Shown here one piece after another: positions 62,917 through 64,000 of a stretch of 64,000 nucleotides of DNA (position 1 is its first letter; each line of letters opens with the position of its first letter). Made by a program: the position numbers and the translations under genes. Source of the stretch: Laetmonice hystrix (lineage: Eukaryota); NCBI GenBank assembly GCA_965235115.1, contig OZ249436.1, forward strand, positions 3,038,001-3,102,000, given 5' to 3'. The notes below the pieces were generated by a model. It did no database searches. It worked only from the letters and a program-made list of their open reading frames with translations, and was not told the DNA's origin.

Positions 62917-64000
62917 AACAGGCGAGCTCTACAATCAAAGCGAATACGTCGTTAACTCTGCCCTCAGGTGGTACGCCAGCGTCTGATGATGATGGCATTC
63001 TGAACGTCATGTAAAGTCAGCGTAAGAATGGTAGAATAAGAACTTCACTTACACAGGATTAAGAAAACTGACAAGTATTGTTTCGTATTTTCTCAAGAAA
63101 TCACTCATTACTTGCAATATGAACCTTCAAACGGTGAACATTCTCTAATGTTTTGGTCTGTTACCTCAAAAGACATATATAATTATTATTTCATGAAAGC
63201 ACTTTATTTCTGTTGATGGAAAAGAGTCCGATTTTATGTTGAAGTCGCAAGTGTTCGCCCGACGGTACGGCTGGAAACAGCGCTATCAATATGGAGGGAG
63301 GTGATTTATGAAGCAAGCACATTGCTCCACACTGTGACCGACTGAAGGAAGGGGGTACTGGGGAGCCATAAAAACTGGTGGGGGGGGGGGGGTCAGGAGG
63401 AGGGGTCAGTATGGGGTTCGGGCCGACACCCATTGATCATACCCTTTCAGCAGCAGCAATATTTTGCAGGAATATTGTGGCCGGGAATTTTCATTTAAAG
63501 TCCTTTGATGCGGTATGGTAACGTGTTGGAGGATTGCAGAAAATATTGAATTTAGCTGTGTTTAGTAGTCACCATAGCAGCAAGATAAAGAAATATAGCC
63601 GGCCCGTCACTGGTGTGAGCTTAGTCTAATCTAGTTTAGAGGGTTGTTTGTCGCACAAGTGAAAGTTGCCAAGAATGGCCTCGGACGCAGTGTTACAAAG
63701 TCGAGCTGAAAGATAAGCAACCCAGTAAAACTCATGTCCAGGGTTGTGAAATGGTGAAACGTCATAATTATGGATCTATTGGAAGGGTTCAAAAAATGCA
63801 ACGCCTCGATTGATCCAGCTTGCTGACCTCACCGATTCCCCGGCCTGCCGTCGAGCACGCCCTCTCGTGGCCGAACGAGGAACTTATCAGGTCAACACAG
63901 TACTGGAAGCCATGACGTTGCCATGACGATTGTCGATTGGCTAAATGAATATTTTGATATATTTGGTATAAATGAATACGTAAGTACCTACTGATAGATC

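Noticed and set aside
63917-63930. RFX X-box GTTGCCATGACGAT
   Set aside because: Only one good half-site and no associated gene within the window
1-64000. Selection for array unit lengths divisible by three
   Set aside because: Multiples of three (30, 39, 39, 48, 51, 69) are not more frequent than other lengths (25, 31, 34, 35, 40, 44, 49, 50, 56, 58, 68, 70, 74)

Overview
This is animal genomic DNA, probably from an invertebrate bilaterian; it is not prokaryotic. Three protein-coding genes are supported. (1) The last two coding exons of a storkhead-box (STOX/knockout) gene lie on + (7561-10057); its winged-helix exons were not found in the window. (2) A complete sphingosine-1-phosphate lyase gene (SGPL1) lies on - (15696-23728), with 15 coding exons that I assembled by hand into a 557-aa ORF with GT-AG junctions. 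(3) One coding exon of a PDZ-domain gene lies on + (26196-26339), divergent from SGPL1; its downstream exons could not be identified. About 19 kb (~30%) of the window is roughly 29 mostly unrelated tandem arrays with 15-150 bp units, and these explain nearly all the long ORFs in the supplied track. Mobile DNA includes a tRNA-derived SINE with a 14-bp target-site duplication (TSD), a TA-flanked Tc1/mariner-type MITE, a Kolobok-like MITE, a poly(A)-tailed LINE stub with a TSD, and decayed LINE fragments. The most unusual observations are: a 195-bp inverted near-perfect copy of SGPL1 exon 9 plus intron joined to a LINE fragment about 1 kb upstream of the gene; minisatellites built from, or anchored on, splice junctions, which create arrays of decoy splice sites; a perfect 39-bp hairpin inserted with a TSD into a minisatellite and then duplicated; a mirror-symmetric SGPL1/PDZ promoter region; and TAGGCCTA footprints. 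All calls are by eye and from recalled family motifs; no database searches were run.
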